Assembly (NCBI GenBank): GCA_976551045.1
Contig: CDPCPM010000022.1
Span: forward strand, 8,990,001-9,054,000
From: Glaucostegus cemiculus
Lineage: Eukaryota
Length of the DNA stretch: 64,000 nucleotides
Direction of reading: 5' to 3'
Part shown: positions 28,101 through 41,160 of the stretch, in pieces
How the letters are laid out: each line of letters starts with the position of its first letter
How positions within the stretch are numbered: the first letter of the stretch is position 1
The notes under the pieces: model-generated
The model's database searches: none
The model's input: the letters and a program-made list of their open reading frames with translations, nothing else
What the model was told of the DNA's origin: nothing
Position numbers and translations under genes: made by a program

Positions 28101-31100
28101 ACAGTGTGGGAGTCCCAGTCAATATGTGGAAAGTTAAAACCCCCTACTATTACAACTTTCTGTTTCTTATATCAGTCTGCTATCTCACTACAGATTTGTT
28201 CCTCCAATTCTCTCTGACTATTGGGTGGTCTATAACACAACCCTATTAGTGTGGCCACACCTTTCCTGTTTCTCAGCTCCACCCACATGGCCTCTGTAGA
28301 TGAGCCCTCCGGGCTGGTCTGTCTATGCACAGCTGTGATATTTTCCCTGACCAGTAATGCCACTCCTCCATCTTTCATCTTTCCCCCTCTATCACGTCTG
28401 AAACAATGGAAGCCCGGAACATTAAGCTGCCAGTCCTGCCCCTCCTGCAGCCAAGTCTCACTAATAGCAATAATGTTGTAATCCCACATGCCAACCCATG
28501 CTCTAAGCTCATCTGCCTTACCTACAATACTCCTTGAATTGAAATAGAAGCACCTGAGAACATTTCCATCATATACAAACCTTTGATTTCTGTCTATACC
28601 TGCAGTCCTTGTATGACCTTTTTCCACCTCCACCTCCCTATCTGCTCTAACACTCTGGTTCTCTTCCCCCTGCAAATCTAGTTTAAACCCCCCGGAACAG
28701 CACTAGCAAACCTACTCGCAAGTATGTTAGTCCCCCTCCATTTCAGCTGCAAACTGCCCCATTGGAACAGGCCCCACCTTTCCTAGAACAAAGCCTGATG
28801 TCTGTGGGAACTTGAGGATCAGATGTGTCAAGAAATTGCACATAGTTGTGAGAATTGTAGGTTAGTCCTAGTGGGAGATTTCAATTTTCCTGTTGTCAAC
28901 TGGGCTACCCAGAGTGCAAAAGGCTGGGGCGGAATTTGTGCGGTGTGTCCAAGATAGTTTCCCCATGCAATATATAGAGGAACCAATTTGGGAAGGAGCA
29001 ATACTGGACCTCAACTGTATCTGAAGTGGCAGCTGGGGAGCACTTTGGGTCCAGGGACCACAATTCTATTAGCTTTAAAATAGTTATGGAAAAAGATAGA
29101 ACTAGTCCACAGGTTAAAGTCCTGAACTGGAGCAAGGCCAACTTTGAGGGCATTAGGCAAGATCCAGCTGGGGTTGACTGGGTGACTCCATTTAAAAGCA
29201 AAGGAACAGTTGGAAAATGGGAGGCTTTTAAAAGTTATATCAAGAGTTTAAGGGCAGCATGTTCCCGTTAGGGTGAAGGGTAGACATACCAAGGTCAGGG
29301 AACCCTGGTTGACGAGAGATTTCAAGGCTCTGGTCAGGAAGAAGAAGAAAGCATACATCACATTTAGGCAGCTGGGTAAAAAATGAATCCCTTGATGAAA
29401 ATAAGAAGTTTAAGACCAGGCTTAAGGGGGAAATCAGGAAGGCAAAAAGAGAGTATGACATGGATTTGGCAAAGATAATCCCAAGAGGTTCTTCAGTTAT
29501 ATTAACAGTAAAAGAGTGACTAGGGGGAGACTAGGTCCTCTTAAAGACCATCAGGACCACCTCTGTGTGCAGCTGCAGGAGATGACTGAGATATTTAATG
29601 TCTCTTTCTCCCCATTGTTTACTAAAGAGAATATCATGGATGCCAAAGAAATTAGGGTAATAAGTGGTGAGGTATTGGATCACCAAGCTTCCTTGAAGCA
29701 CATTAAGGGGAGCAAATCCCCAACACCTGACCAAATGCACCCCCGAATCTTATGGGAGGCCAGGGAAAAAGATCACGGAGGCCTTAGTAGAGATATTTGC
29801 TTTGTTGTTAGCCACTGGTGAAATCCCAGAAGTTTGGAGGGTGGCTAAAGTTGTTTCATTATTCAAGAAGGGTAGCAAGGACAGGCCAGGGAACTACAGG
29901 CTGGTGAGTCTGACTTCAGTTGCAGGGACGTTACTGGAGGCAATTCTGAGGGACAAGATCTATCAGCACTTGGATAGTCAAAGCCTGATCAGCATGTTTT
30001 TACGTGTTAGAGATCATGTCTGATTAATCTTTTGGAGTTTTTTGAAGAGATAACTGAGGGGATAGATGAAGGTAGGGCAGTGAAAATTGTCTACATGGAC
30101 TTTAGTAAGGCATTTATCAAGGTTCCACGTGGCAGGCTGATCTGGAAGGTTAGGTCGCATGGGATTCAGGGGGAGCTAGTGAGAATTGGCTCAATGATAG
30201 AAAGCAGAGGGTAATGGTTGAAGGTCGATTCTTCAGCTGGAGGCCTGTGACTAGTGGGGTGTCCCAGAGATCAGTGTTGGGACTTCAGTTATCCATTATT
30301 TATGTAAATGTTTTAGATATGAATGTAACGATTAGCAAGTTTGCTGATGATACTAAATTATGGGGTCTTGTTGATGGTGAAGCAGGTTACAATGAATTGC
30401 AAAGAGATCTTGATCAGTTATGGAGATGGGGAATGGTAAATGGATTTCAAATTAGAAAAATGTGAAGTGATGCATTTTGGACATTCAAACCAGGGTAGGA
30501 CTTATACAGTAAGTGTCAAGTGTTGTGGAACAGAAGGACTTGGGAGTACACGTACACAATTCGCTGAAAGCATCCGCGCAAGTAGACAGGGTAGTGAAGA
30601 GGGTGCTTAGCCTGCTGGCTTTCATCAGTCACCGCATTTAGGAGTAGGGACATTATGTTGCAGTTATATAAGTTGTTGGTGAGGCTGCACTTGGAGTATT
30701 GTGTACTGTTTTGGTCACCCTGTTATAGGAAAGACATTGTCAGGCTGGAGAGGGTGCAGAGAGATTTAAGGGGATGCTACCTAGAGGGCTTGAGCTATAG
30801 GGAGAGTTTGGCTATGCTGGGTCATTATTCCTTTGAGACTGAGGGGTGATCTCATAGAAGTTTATAAAAGCATCAGGGGTATGGATAAGGTGGTTGGTCA
30901 TAATCTTTTCCCCAGGGTGGGGAATCCAAAACGATACGAGATACGAGATAAGAGGGGGGAGGTTTAAGAGAGACCTGAGAGGTAACTTCTTTACACAGAG
31001 GGTAGTGAGTACCTGGAATGAGTTGCCAGAGGAAGTGGTCAAGGCAGGTACAACTGCAACATTTAAGAGGCATTTGGATAGGTACATAGAGGGGAGGGGC

Positions 31101-31220
31101 ACGGAGGTTATGGGCAGAACGGGGACAATTGGGACTAGCAAGGAGAACGCTATGGTCGGCATGGACCAGTTGGGTCAAAATGGCTGTTTCCGTGCTGTAT
31201 TACTCCATGAGTATGACTTA
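25193..31220 (+). mobile_element. CR1 LINE (ORF1 end, ORF2 endonuclease-RT, 3' UTR) split by an antisense CR1 insertion; host parts are 25193-25732 and ~28800-31220
   Basis: GLHLNQRGTNIL (ORF1 esterase end) and NCIYWNACSL...ITETWL (APE domain). The frame xPPNS|xELEDQMC resumes at ~28803 and continues through YMDFSKAF, SKFADDTKL and GNFFTQRVVSTWN. Many frameshifts. Confidence 0.9.
25733..28797 (-). mobile_element. Younger CR1 LINE nested in the opposite orientation
   Basis: ORF1 end, APE domain (ISETWL, CYRPPN, GSSDH), RT (QHGF, PQGSVLGP, KFADDTK) and 3' UTR, with a tandem (TTCTATGG)-like tail at 25733-25756. Confidence 0.92.
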
Positions 31221-31264
31221 TTATTAACACAATGCATTCAGCGAACCTGCAACAGAGAATCAAG

Positions 31265-31471
31265 ATGTTATAGCCTTGCACCTTATTGTCTACCTGTACT
31301 GTATGTTCTCTGTCACTGTAACACTTCATTCTGCATTTTGTTATTGTTTTCCCTTGTACTACTTCAATCCATTGTTGTAATGAAATGATCCGTATGGATA
31401 GCATGCAAAACAAAGTTTTTCACTGTACCTTGGTACATGTGACAATAATAAACCAATTCAATTCAATTCAA
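31265..31471 (+). mobile_element. Rex1-family 3' UTR fragment with (CAATT)n tail
   Basis: Closely similar to 12505-12705; ends aaaccaattcaattcaattcaat. Confidence 0.8.
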
Positions 31472-31685
31472 TAAAGTATTTACCTTCTCCAATCTGTTTC
31501 ATCATTCACTGAGGTCATGGCTGAACTGTGACCAAACCTTTTCCACATATCTGATAATAGCTCTAGCCAACAAAACTTCATGAATCTCAAATTTGAAATT
31601 AAATTTCTTTCAACTCCATGGATTCTAACTTCACTGAATTGTTGGTCTTTATCAAATGCCCTCATATTCCCTCATCCACTCACGT

Positions 31686-32001
31686 CATAGAGGAATACAG
31701 CGTGGAAATGGGTCCTTCAGCCAAGTGAGCCCATGTCAACCATCAACTACCCGTTTACAATAACCTTATATTCATCCCACATTCTCATCTCCCAGCAGAT
31801 TCTACCACTCATCTACAACTGAGGCCACTTTTTGGTGGTTAATAAACCTATAAGCCACGTCTTTGGATGTGGAAGGAAACTGGAGTACCCAGAGAAAACC
31901 CGCCCAGTCACAGGGAGAACACACAAACCCCACACAGACTGCACCTGAGATCCCTGATGCTGTGAGGCAGTTGCTCTAGTAGCTGCACTACTCTACCACC
32001 C
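31686..32001 (-). mobile_element. tRNA-derived SINE with V-like core and CR1-derived tail
   Basis: Core ggaaactggagtacccagagaaaacccgc...cacagggagaac is shared with the other SINE copies; decayed tRNA head at 31950-32001. Confidence 0.7.
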
Positions 32002-32794
32002 ACTACTTCCCCCATTCTCAGTAAATTCAATCAGTTTTGTTCAACATTTACTAATCAATGCTCTCTTTGAGCAGCTGAACACTTCCAGGTGTGTCTTTAA
32101 TGAAAGACTGCAGTAGTTACCCAATAACAGATGTTGGGCTGACGAGTTATAACTCCCTTGTTTCCTTCTCTCAGCTTTTTTTTTAACAATGGAGCAACAT
32201 ATACAGTTTTCTAATCCACAGGAATGGTTTCTGAATTGAGAGGACTTTGGCAGCTTATAGTTAGGGCATCTGTACTGTTCCTACTCCTACCTATTTCTTC
32301 AAATACTGTGATGGTTTTCGGGAGCTGTCAGCTTTCACTACAAATTTTTTTTTTCATTATATTATTGGATTAAGTTTATTTTGCTGAGGACCTATTTCTG
32401 ATGCAATATTGGTTTTTTTTCCCCAAGCTGTCCTCTTTCTTTGCTATAAATAGTTAAAATGATCATTCAGCATGGCTGCTGTTTTTTTGTTCTATTCACA
32501 ATATTGCCTTTACCTGCTTTAAGGGATCAACATTGCTGAATACCTTTGAAAAACAAAAATAAAACACCTGCAGATGCTGGGAATTTGAAATAAAAACAGA
32601 TAACGCTAGACATACTCATCTGATGAAGAGTCTTTGACATGAAGTGTTGGCTCTGTTTCTCTGTCTACAGATGCTGCCTGACCTGCTAAGTGTTTCCAGC
32701 GTTTTCTATTATTATTGCTACTAATTAACTTCATATTAATCTAATTTTTTTTGGTTGATTTTGATATCTTGCAATCTTTCTTAAGGCCAAGATC

Positions 32795-33490
32795 CTTAAC
32801 AGTTTTGAAGAGCAGAGAGACCTTGGGGTGCAAGTCCATGACTCATTAAAAGTGGTTACACAGGTAGATAGGGTGGTTAAGAAAGCTTATGGAATGCTTG
32901 CATTTATTAACCAAGATGTTGAGTATAGGAGTCAAGAAGTTATGATGCATCTCTGGAACTCTGGTTAGGCTGCATTTAGAGTATTACATGAAATTCTGAT
33001 CACTTCACTATAGGAAATATGTTGAGGCTTCAGAGAGGGTGCAGAGGAGGTTTACTTGGATGCTGCCTGGATTAGAGGGCATGTGCTATGAGGAGAGGCT
33101 GGACAAACCTGGGCTCTTTGGAGTGGCAGAGGCTGAGGGGCGATCTGTTGGATGTGTATAAAATTATGAATGGCATAGATAGGGTGGACAAGCAATATCT
33201 TTTTCCCATTATTGAGCAATGCAATACCAGAGGGCATGCATTTAAGGTGAGAAGGGGTAGGTTTAGAACAGATGTAAGGGGTACTCAGAGAGTGGTGGAT
33301 GCCTGGAATGTGTTGCCTGATGGGGTGGTGGAGGCAAATTCATTGGGGGCTTTTAAGAGGGGCTTGGATGAGCACAAGAATGAGAGGAAAATAGAGGGGT
33401 ATGGGTATTCTGTAGGTAGGAGGGATTAGCTCTGTTGGCACAACATTGTGGGCCGAAGGATCTGTTCTGTGCTGTACTGTTCTATGTTCT
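32795..33490 (+). mobile_element. CR1 3' fragment
   Basis: RLRGDLLDVYKIM, TRGHAFKV and QRVVDAWN motifs; 3' UTR ending gctgtactgttctatgttct. Confidence 0.85.
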
Positions 33491-34939
33491 CATACTACCC
33501 TTTTGTAGCTCTGTCTATTTTGTGACCTTTTATTGTTCTTTATACCTCTCCCACTCATGAGGATCAATGCTAATTTATAGCTTTTTTTGAGTGTTTCTTA
33601 GGTTTATTGTTCATTACACTTTTACTTTACTAGTGTTATTTTTGACAACAAGAATCCTTGGCCTGTTGGGGTTAAAACTGTTCTGTGTCATATTATATTC
33701 TTCTTATTTAACTTCTTGTCCTGTTCTACTGTGGATTACCCATTTGCAGACAAACATTGAAAGCAATAGGCAGTGTTCAACTCATTGTCTGGAAGCTTCA
33801 CCCAAATTCAGAATTTTTGCAGCTGTTCTGCATTTTGTCATTTGAACACTACATTGAACTCTATCAAGTACACTTGGTTAGGCAGTGACCTAAATCTGGA
33901 TTCATATTCATTACTACATCTGAGATGACCTGATTCCTTACTGTTTCTGGGATAAACTGTTGTAGATAACTATCCAAAATGTGCTTATCTCTTTATCTCA
34001 ATTTATATGACAGTTAGAATCTCCCATTAAAATTGTGCTAGTTGTAGTGATGTGTAAAACTAATATTGTCATGTAAAAACATATTGTAAGATAAAGCTAT
34101 TTCTGTCCCCTAATATTAGACTTAATTTCAACAATGGAGCTCTAAGGTGGTACAATTAAAGAATAAACAGTCCATTGGAAAGTTCTCTTAAAGATAACAT
34201 CTGTTCATAAGATTATTGCAGTCTTTACAGAAGAGCAATTTGTTACCGGGGTTATTTCGGCAAATTGATGGCAATTTAATGATTCTGATTACTGTTTACG
34301 GGGTTTGCTTATTTTGCTTTCATAAAAATGTTAATTTCCTTTGTCTCTTCCACTTTTTTACATGTCAATTTCTTTCATTCTTTCTTGAAAATTCTAGGTT
34401 GCTCATGTTGAGCATTTTACTATTACCAGCATCCTTTCAGTGGAAATATCAGGGCTCTGTAAACCTAAATTAGAAGTCATAAAGCTGAATGTGACAGGAG
34501 CTGGATGCGGCCAGGGCATGAATCAGAAAGACGGACAGAATAAAACTGCAAGTAAAGAGATGGAAGAACCACGCTAGCTTGCGATACAGCAGGAAAAAAG
34601 ATCAAATAACCTGAATAAAGACAGACAGTAGGGAGAGAGATAAAAGAGGGAGCATTATAAGTCATAACCAAGAGACTATTCAAAGTGCAGAAATAGAGCC
34701 AAAGTAGAAAAAAATCAATTTCATATTTTATTCTTCTCTCTAAGATTTCCTTAAAGGTCACTTTAAAATACCATAACAGTCAATGTGTTGAAATCTTGTA
34801 TTCTCTTTTAACAGAACAGAGCACATTTGGAAGTTTCTATTCTTGGATATAGATACTCTAGAGTAATATTATTTACTAGAAGGAAGGCACTGCTTTATGT
34901 GCATTTTAGGCTGCCTCCTTGGACTAGGTTTGAGGATAT

Positions 34940-35203
34940 AAGATATCTTTATTGGTCACATGTACATTGTAACACACAATGAAATGCATCTTTTTTGTGT
35001 AGATCATTCTGGGGGCAGCCGCCATGCTTCTGGCACCAACATAGCGTGCCCACAACTTCCTAACCCATATGTTTTTGGAATGTGGGAGGAAACTGGAGCA
35101 CCTGGAGTAAACCCATGCAAGACACAGGGAGAACGTACAAACTCCTTATAGACAGTGGCCGGAATTGAACTTGGGTCGCTGGCGCTGTAATAGCGTTATG
35201 CTA
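34940..35203 (-). mobile_element. tRNA-derived SINE, near full length
   Basis: B-box GTTCAATTCC on the minus strand at ~35161-35170, the V-like core, and a tail shared with the 18.1-kb copy. Confidence 0.8.
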
Positions 35204-36385
35204 TGGAGCAGCTGCAGAAAATTTTGGAAGGGACAGGAAACAGCGAGTGGCTATGGTTCAGTACCAATGACACAGATAGAAATAGAGTGCAGGTCCTGTA
35301 GGCAGGTTGATAGGAAAGAGGGTAAGAAACAGGACCTCAAAGGTGGTAATTCTCAGATTACTCGCTGTGCCACACACTAATGAGTAGAGAAATTGGAGGA
35401 CTGTACAGGTAAACATATGGCCGAAAAGATGTCACAAGAAGGAGAGTTTTAGATTCCTGGGGCAGGGTGTTCAGTTCTGGGAAAGGAAGGACCAATACAG
35501 GCTGGATGGACTGCACTTCAGCAGAGCTAAAACCAATATTCCCATGGAGAGGTTCCCTAGTGTGGTAGTGGAGACATGGGGTTTAAACTAACTGTGTGAG
35601 AGCTGTATTGAAAAGAAGCAAAATGGTGCAGTAGGGATTAGGAGAAAGAAAAACCATCAGAACAAGAAGTAGCATGTTTTTACAGGAGAGAGTATAAGAA
35701 GGTCAGAACATGCTGGAAACACTCAGCAGGTCAAGCAGCATCTGTGAAAAGAGAAATCAAATTAACGTTTCAGATCACAGACCTTTTATTCTTTGTGGGT
35801 TATCAAAAAGATAGACCTTTAACTATTCTAGAGGCATGTAAACAGCAAAAGGATCATAAGAGACTAAAAAGAAAATCTTCTCCTGGGGCAGAGGGCATGG
35901 CTGAGGTACCAACTGAGTACTTTATGTCAGTCTTTACCAAGGAGAGGATCCTGTTGGAGGCTCAGTGAAGGTTAATGTCGTTAAGTGTCTGAATAGGCTA
36001 AAAATTGATAAAGAAGTGGTGCTAGAAGGGCCAGCTGGATGGAAAGTAGTCCAGATGGGCTGGACCCTAGGTTTCTGAGGAAAATAAGGGAGGAAATTAA
36101 AGAGGCCCTGAGCGTCTTCTTCCAAACAGCTATAGATTTAGAGGTGGTACCCTGGAAATCTGCAAGTGTTTCACCCTAGTTCATACATGGGTGTAGGGAT
36201 AAACCTAGTAGCTACAAACCAGTTACTTTAACCCCAGAGCTGGAAAAAAATCAAGAAATAATAACTAGGAACAGAATTAACAGTAAGTTGGACAAGTGTG
36301 GATTAATTAGAAAAAGCTGGCATGAATTTGTTAAAGATAACAGAGTGGGTCAATAAGGAAAATGAGTTTGATGTGGTACATGGTA

Positions 36386-36796
36386 CAGGTCCTCCCCAGG
36401 TTACAAATGCCAAACTTATAGGCATCCCATATATATAACCAAGCATTCAGGAGAGCGGTGGGATGGTTGATAACAAATTTTCTGGCTGCTGAGGGGCTGC
36501 AGGCATCTTCTACCAGGTGGGAATGGGACATTTTCCACATGCCTTTCTTCCCCCTGACCCGAGCAGCAACAACCACAGGTTGGAATGAGCCAAGCAGAAC
36601 TGGGAGCGCTGAGCAGACTCACTCACTCACTCACTGAATCAGTGAGGCCGGCTGGCAGCTGTTCTGCCTGCAGCTGCTCACTCTCCTGTCACATCTGTTT
36701 CTGTGATTCGCACCCACACACTTCTTTCGACATGAATAGATTGGGTTTCAAACAGTTCTCAGGAATGGAACCCTGTCATAACCTGGGGACTGCCTG
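36386..36796. mobile_element. pogo/Tigger-like (Tc1/mariner superfamily) MITE, 411 bp
   Basis: Imperfect TIRs CAGGTCCTCCCCAGGTTA / CAGGCAGTCCCCAGGTTA, flanked by TA at 36384-36385 and 36797-36798. It interrupts a CR1 RT motif and has no ORF. Confidence 0.75.
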
Positions 36797-37004
36797 TAAA
36801 TATTGACTTTGAATAGGCTGCTTGATAATGTGGTACACTATCAGTTTGTCATCAACAGTAAGGGCCATGGGATAAAAGGGGCCACGGCAGCCTAGATAGG
36901 AAGTTTTCTAATGGGAAACAGAGAATAGTACTGAAAGACTGTTTATTGGACTGAAAGAAAATGTTGAATGGAGTTTCCCAATGGTTAGTATCAGGACCAT
37001 TGCT

Positions 37005-37268
37005 TTTTAAATTTAAATTAAATTTTTAAATTTTATTTACAGCATGGTACAGGCCCTTTCAGCCCTCCGAGTCCACGCCGCCCGTTTTAAAGCCCCAAAT
37101 TAACCTACCCATAGCTCTTTCAGAATGTGGGAGGAAACCGGAGCACCTGGAGGAAACCCACGCAGACACAGGAGAACGTACAAACTCCTTACAGTCAGCG
37201 ACGGGAATTGAACCCCGATCGCTGGCACTGTAACAGCGTCGCGCTAACCGCTACGCTATCGTGCCGCC
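37005..37268 (-). mobile_element. Young tRNA-derived SINE (HE1/V-SINE-like) with intact Pol III boxes
   Basis: Minus strand GGCGGCACGATAGCGTAGCGGTTAGCGCG (A box) ... GGTTCAATTCCC (B box). CpGs are retained; V-like core and A-rich tail. Confidence 0.85.
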
Positions 37269-40200
37269 ATAGACATTAATGACTTGGACATGGGTATACA
37301 TGGTACAATTCACAAATCTGACTGTGATTAAAAAACTGGTTATATTAAGCTTTGAGGATGATAGTAAAAGCCGCAGACTGGCTTATGGAATGGGTGAATA
37401 GGTTGCAGATGTAATTTAATGGGAGTGATCCATTTTGGTAGGAAGAATGTGAAGAGGCGTTATAGACTAGAGGGCACAATTGTAAAAAGGGTACAAGAAC
37501 ACAGAGATCTGGGGGTATATACACATAGTTTGTTGAGGCTAGAAAAGTTGAGAAAGTTGTTGGAAGAGCATATGGAAACCTGACGACTTTATATGTAGAG
37601 ACAGAGTATAAGAGAAAGAAAGTCATAAAGAACTTCTATAAAACACTGATTTGATAACAACTGGAGTAATGTGTTTAGTTCTGGGCATGACACTTTAGGA
37701 AAGTTCGAAGTTGTAATGGCTTTAGTGATGGTGCAAAAGAGATTTGCAAAAATGACTCCGCGGAGTATATGAGGGACTTTAGCTATGTGGATAGAATGGA
37801 GATTCTAGAATGGAGATTCTAGAATGGATCAGAGAACATTATAAGAGGATCTGATAGGGATATTTAAAATCATGAAAATATAAACAGAATAAAAAGAGTG
37901 AAACCATTCCCTTTGGCAGAAAGGGACATAGGATAAAGAAGCAAAAGTGACATGAGGAAAAACTATTCTATTCAGTGAGTAATTAATCTCTAGGATGGAC
38001 TGCCAGGTGTCGGAGTGGAGGTAAATTCAACTGTAGCACTCAAAATCAGCTAGCTATGCTTCTGAAAGGAGAGAAGTTGCACAGTTTTGGAGAGAGGGCT
38101 GAGAGAGCGGGACAGCTGGATTGTCCTTACATAGAGTCAGCATGGACCAGGTGGGCTGAATGGCCTCTATCTGTGCTGTAAATATTTTGAAGTTCTGTGA
38201 AATATTTTCACACAACAGATGTCATTTAGATTTCAGAATCTTCTCTTTCACCCAACCTTGCGTCAAATTTAACTTTTGTGTATTGCCAACATTTCAAGCT
38301 GCTGGTATTTGTTTCATCAAAATAATTATCATAAGAACATTTAAATGAGGCAATAAGGTATTGGTATGCATCAAACACTTATTTATTCACATTGCTAAGT
38401 TTCCAGTTTCAACAGGACAGACAGAATCCACTTTCATGGGAAGAATGTTAATGTATACCTGCAGTAATAACTAGAGCAGTGAAATGGTTTCAAGGGTCAT
38501 TATGTTGGGTTAAGTAAGTCCCTTGCAGACTTGGAATTCTGAAAATAGCTGATGCAGCAATGTCAATGAATGGAATCAATCTGATATTTAATCTAAACAA
38601 GTTGCTAGAATACTGGAAACAAGTATTTTCATGCTTGACCAAGACCTAGTCCTTTGACAAAAGTCTCATTACTGCAGAAACTGGAATTCTAGAATTTAAA
38701 ATAAAGAGCTTAAAGCACTCAGCAGGTCAGATGATATGTTTTATTGAAGAGTGATCCTTGAAATGTTAAGTTATTATTCTTTCTTTGTAAATATTCTCTG
38801 TAAATGCAAATTGTTTCCTGGACTTCCACTTTTTGTACATATTGATAGTGCTGAGCAAGTCACCATTAACTTCAGGGCCAGAATGTTGCTGGCTTATTAA
38901 TGCTGTGGCAGTGAACAAATAAGAACATTTTATGATACGGTAGCTGGCCCAGTTCCAGACCAACTCTTCACCAATCTGTTCTGATAATATTTTCCTTACT
39001 ACTTTTAACTTGCCTTTGTGCAAAACCTAAAGATTTTGACACCCGCAAAATCTTCAAGCATTTTCATTTAGGAATATGCATTAGGACCTAGCAACCAAAA
39101 CAGCTGATTTGAGGAATCAATAGCCATCTTCAACAAAGGACATCTATCTCCCTGCTGCTCATGTACAATATCATCCTGGACTTACTCCTACAAAACAACC
39201 TATAATACCAGGAATATCTGGATTTAGTTGACAGGCACATACACTTCAACTTCTAAGTAGTATTCACCCCAGTCTGTTAAAGGAAGCAAATTCCTAGTGG
39301 CTGGAGGCAGCACATTTGTACTTCCCTAATCAGCGGATGGTTGTCTGCTGGAGATTTAAGGAAAAAAAGCAGTCTCTGTGTTGTTCACAGTATTCCCAAT
39401 AGGAAATGCTGCAATGAACAACGGGGTTCTAAACACCCGTGTATAGGACTCCCTCTTAACAAAGGTTCAGACTGATGAGCTTCCCTCCCTACTTGCCCAT
39501 ACACATACCATGAATTACCAAAGACTACAATATCTGAAAACATCTGAGGTCAGGTGCAGGCAATTCAAAGCACAACAACTATCTTCAGGTGGAGCAATGC
39601 TGGACTGAAGGTCCTGTTTGCACACTGTATGACTCCATGTATTTTTAGTCGAAGAATTATTTTTCGTTTCACTTTTGGTCACCTTAATTACACTATTCAG
39701 TTTGTGCTTCATTTCCAAAGACTTACTCTGCAGCTTTACAATTCTTGAATTTGAATTCCTGATTTGGTTACCTTTTTTCTGGAAGTTTTTAATTCTTGAT
39801 TGTTTCTTTTGTAACAAAGGAAAGGTTTCAGGTGGACTATGTAACAGGTTTGATCACCCTGCTCAAAAACTACAGCATTCTGATTGGCTGAATGCTGGTC
39901 TTGCAGTTGAATAGATTGCAATTGCTTTCTGCAGCATCCTGCGGTTAATGATGCTGTTGTTGCAGCTGTGCACTCTTGGAACTAAACAAGTGATTAAGGG
40001 TTGCAGCACACTTCAGACATGAACGAATTTATGGTTGGATTTGTCTGAGTCCTTCTGAGAAGGAAGTTCTGTTCCATGGGAAAGGTGTGTTCATAATGAG
40101 AAAGTTTGGCTAGAGAAGTCACCTGTGCTAATCCAAGCAAAATTCACTCAAGAAGCTGGTTGCCGTGTTGCAAATGATCATAGCAGGGGCACCAAGGTAG

Positions 40201-40911
40201 AAAACCCTTCTCAGTTCTCCCTTTGGTTCTTTTGTGAAGAACATAACCTATGCTTTTCCCTGGCCCCAACATGATTAAAATGATTAAACAGGCAAAACAT
40301 CACTGTGTACTCCTTGTGCTTTTGTTCACACCTTGAGATACTATTTCACTTGGCAAGTGTTGCTGACTCGTGCATTTGAAGATCCTGCCATCACGATTAT
40401 CAAAAGGTGAAATTCCCTCTATTACTGTCATTATTTATTTATTTAATATTATTTCATGATAATAGAGAAAAAATTAACAAAGAGGAGGAATACATATTCA
40501 CCCTTTTCATTCACATAGCCAGTGAGATCCGAGGAGTAAATTGGAGTGAATCAGAGACAGCAAAGCTGGAGGCCTGGTCTAAAGTAGGAATTCATTTCCA
40601 TCCTGTAGGAATCATGGACTCATTTCACTTACTGCCTCATTTTGGAATTAAAACTTAAAGTGAATGAAAGGCAAAAAAGTGCAGATATTAGAAATTGGCA
40701 ATGAAGTCAGACAATGCGAGAGGTATGCAGCAGATCAGGCAGCAACTATAGAGAAGGAAGCATCGTTAATGTTTCAGGTCAATGACTTTATATCAGATAT
40801 TCTGACGATAGATCATTCAGCCAGAAACATCAACTCTATTTCCTTCTTCATAGTTGCTGTCTGACCTGCTGCACATCTCCAACATTTTCTGTCCTTATTT
40901 CTCAGTGAATG

Positions 40912-41160
40912 AGCCAGCTTGGTTTTTAGTTGGCAGCAATTTCTTCTCAGTCAGAAAGCTGTGGGCTCAGCAATTAAGCACAAAATCTTGACTGGCATTT
41001 CAGGTTGGACAGAAAGCTGTCGTTTGGAAGCACTGACTTTCAAATATGACTAGAAACAAAGGATCATCTTTCTTTTCATATGGATGTTAAAAATCCACGT
41101 TCTCATCTCAGAAAGCAGTAATTCCCTCTTACTGATCTCGCCAACAATTATCCCACAAGG
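40912..41160 (+). mobile_element. Ancient Deu-domain SINE remnant (an antisense piece lies at ~45520-45620)
   Basis: Weak resemblance to the Deu core as I recall it (tggatgttaaaaatcc...gccaacaattatccc). Not verified by alignment. Confidence 0.4.

Larger units (their letters stand above)
35240..38185 (+). mobile_element. Old, internally deleted CR1 hosting a MITE, a SINE and a Penelope-derived fragment
   Basis: ORF1 esterase remnant (DGLHFSRAKTNI, ~35504-35540), DVV..DF motif split at 36384/36798, GVSQWLVSGPLL split at ~37005, and a 3' UTR at 38140-38185. Confidence 0.65.

Noticed and set aside
37190-37268. Standalone tRNA gene
   Set aside because: It is the tRNA-derived head of a SINE, continuous with the SINE core and tail.
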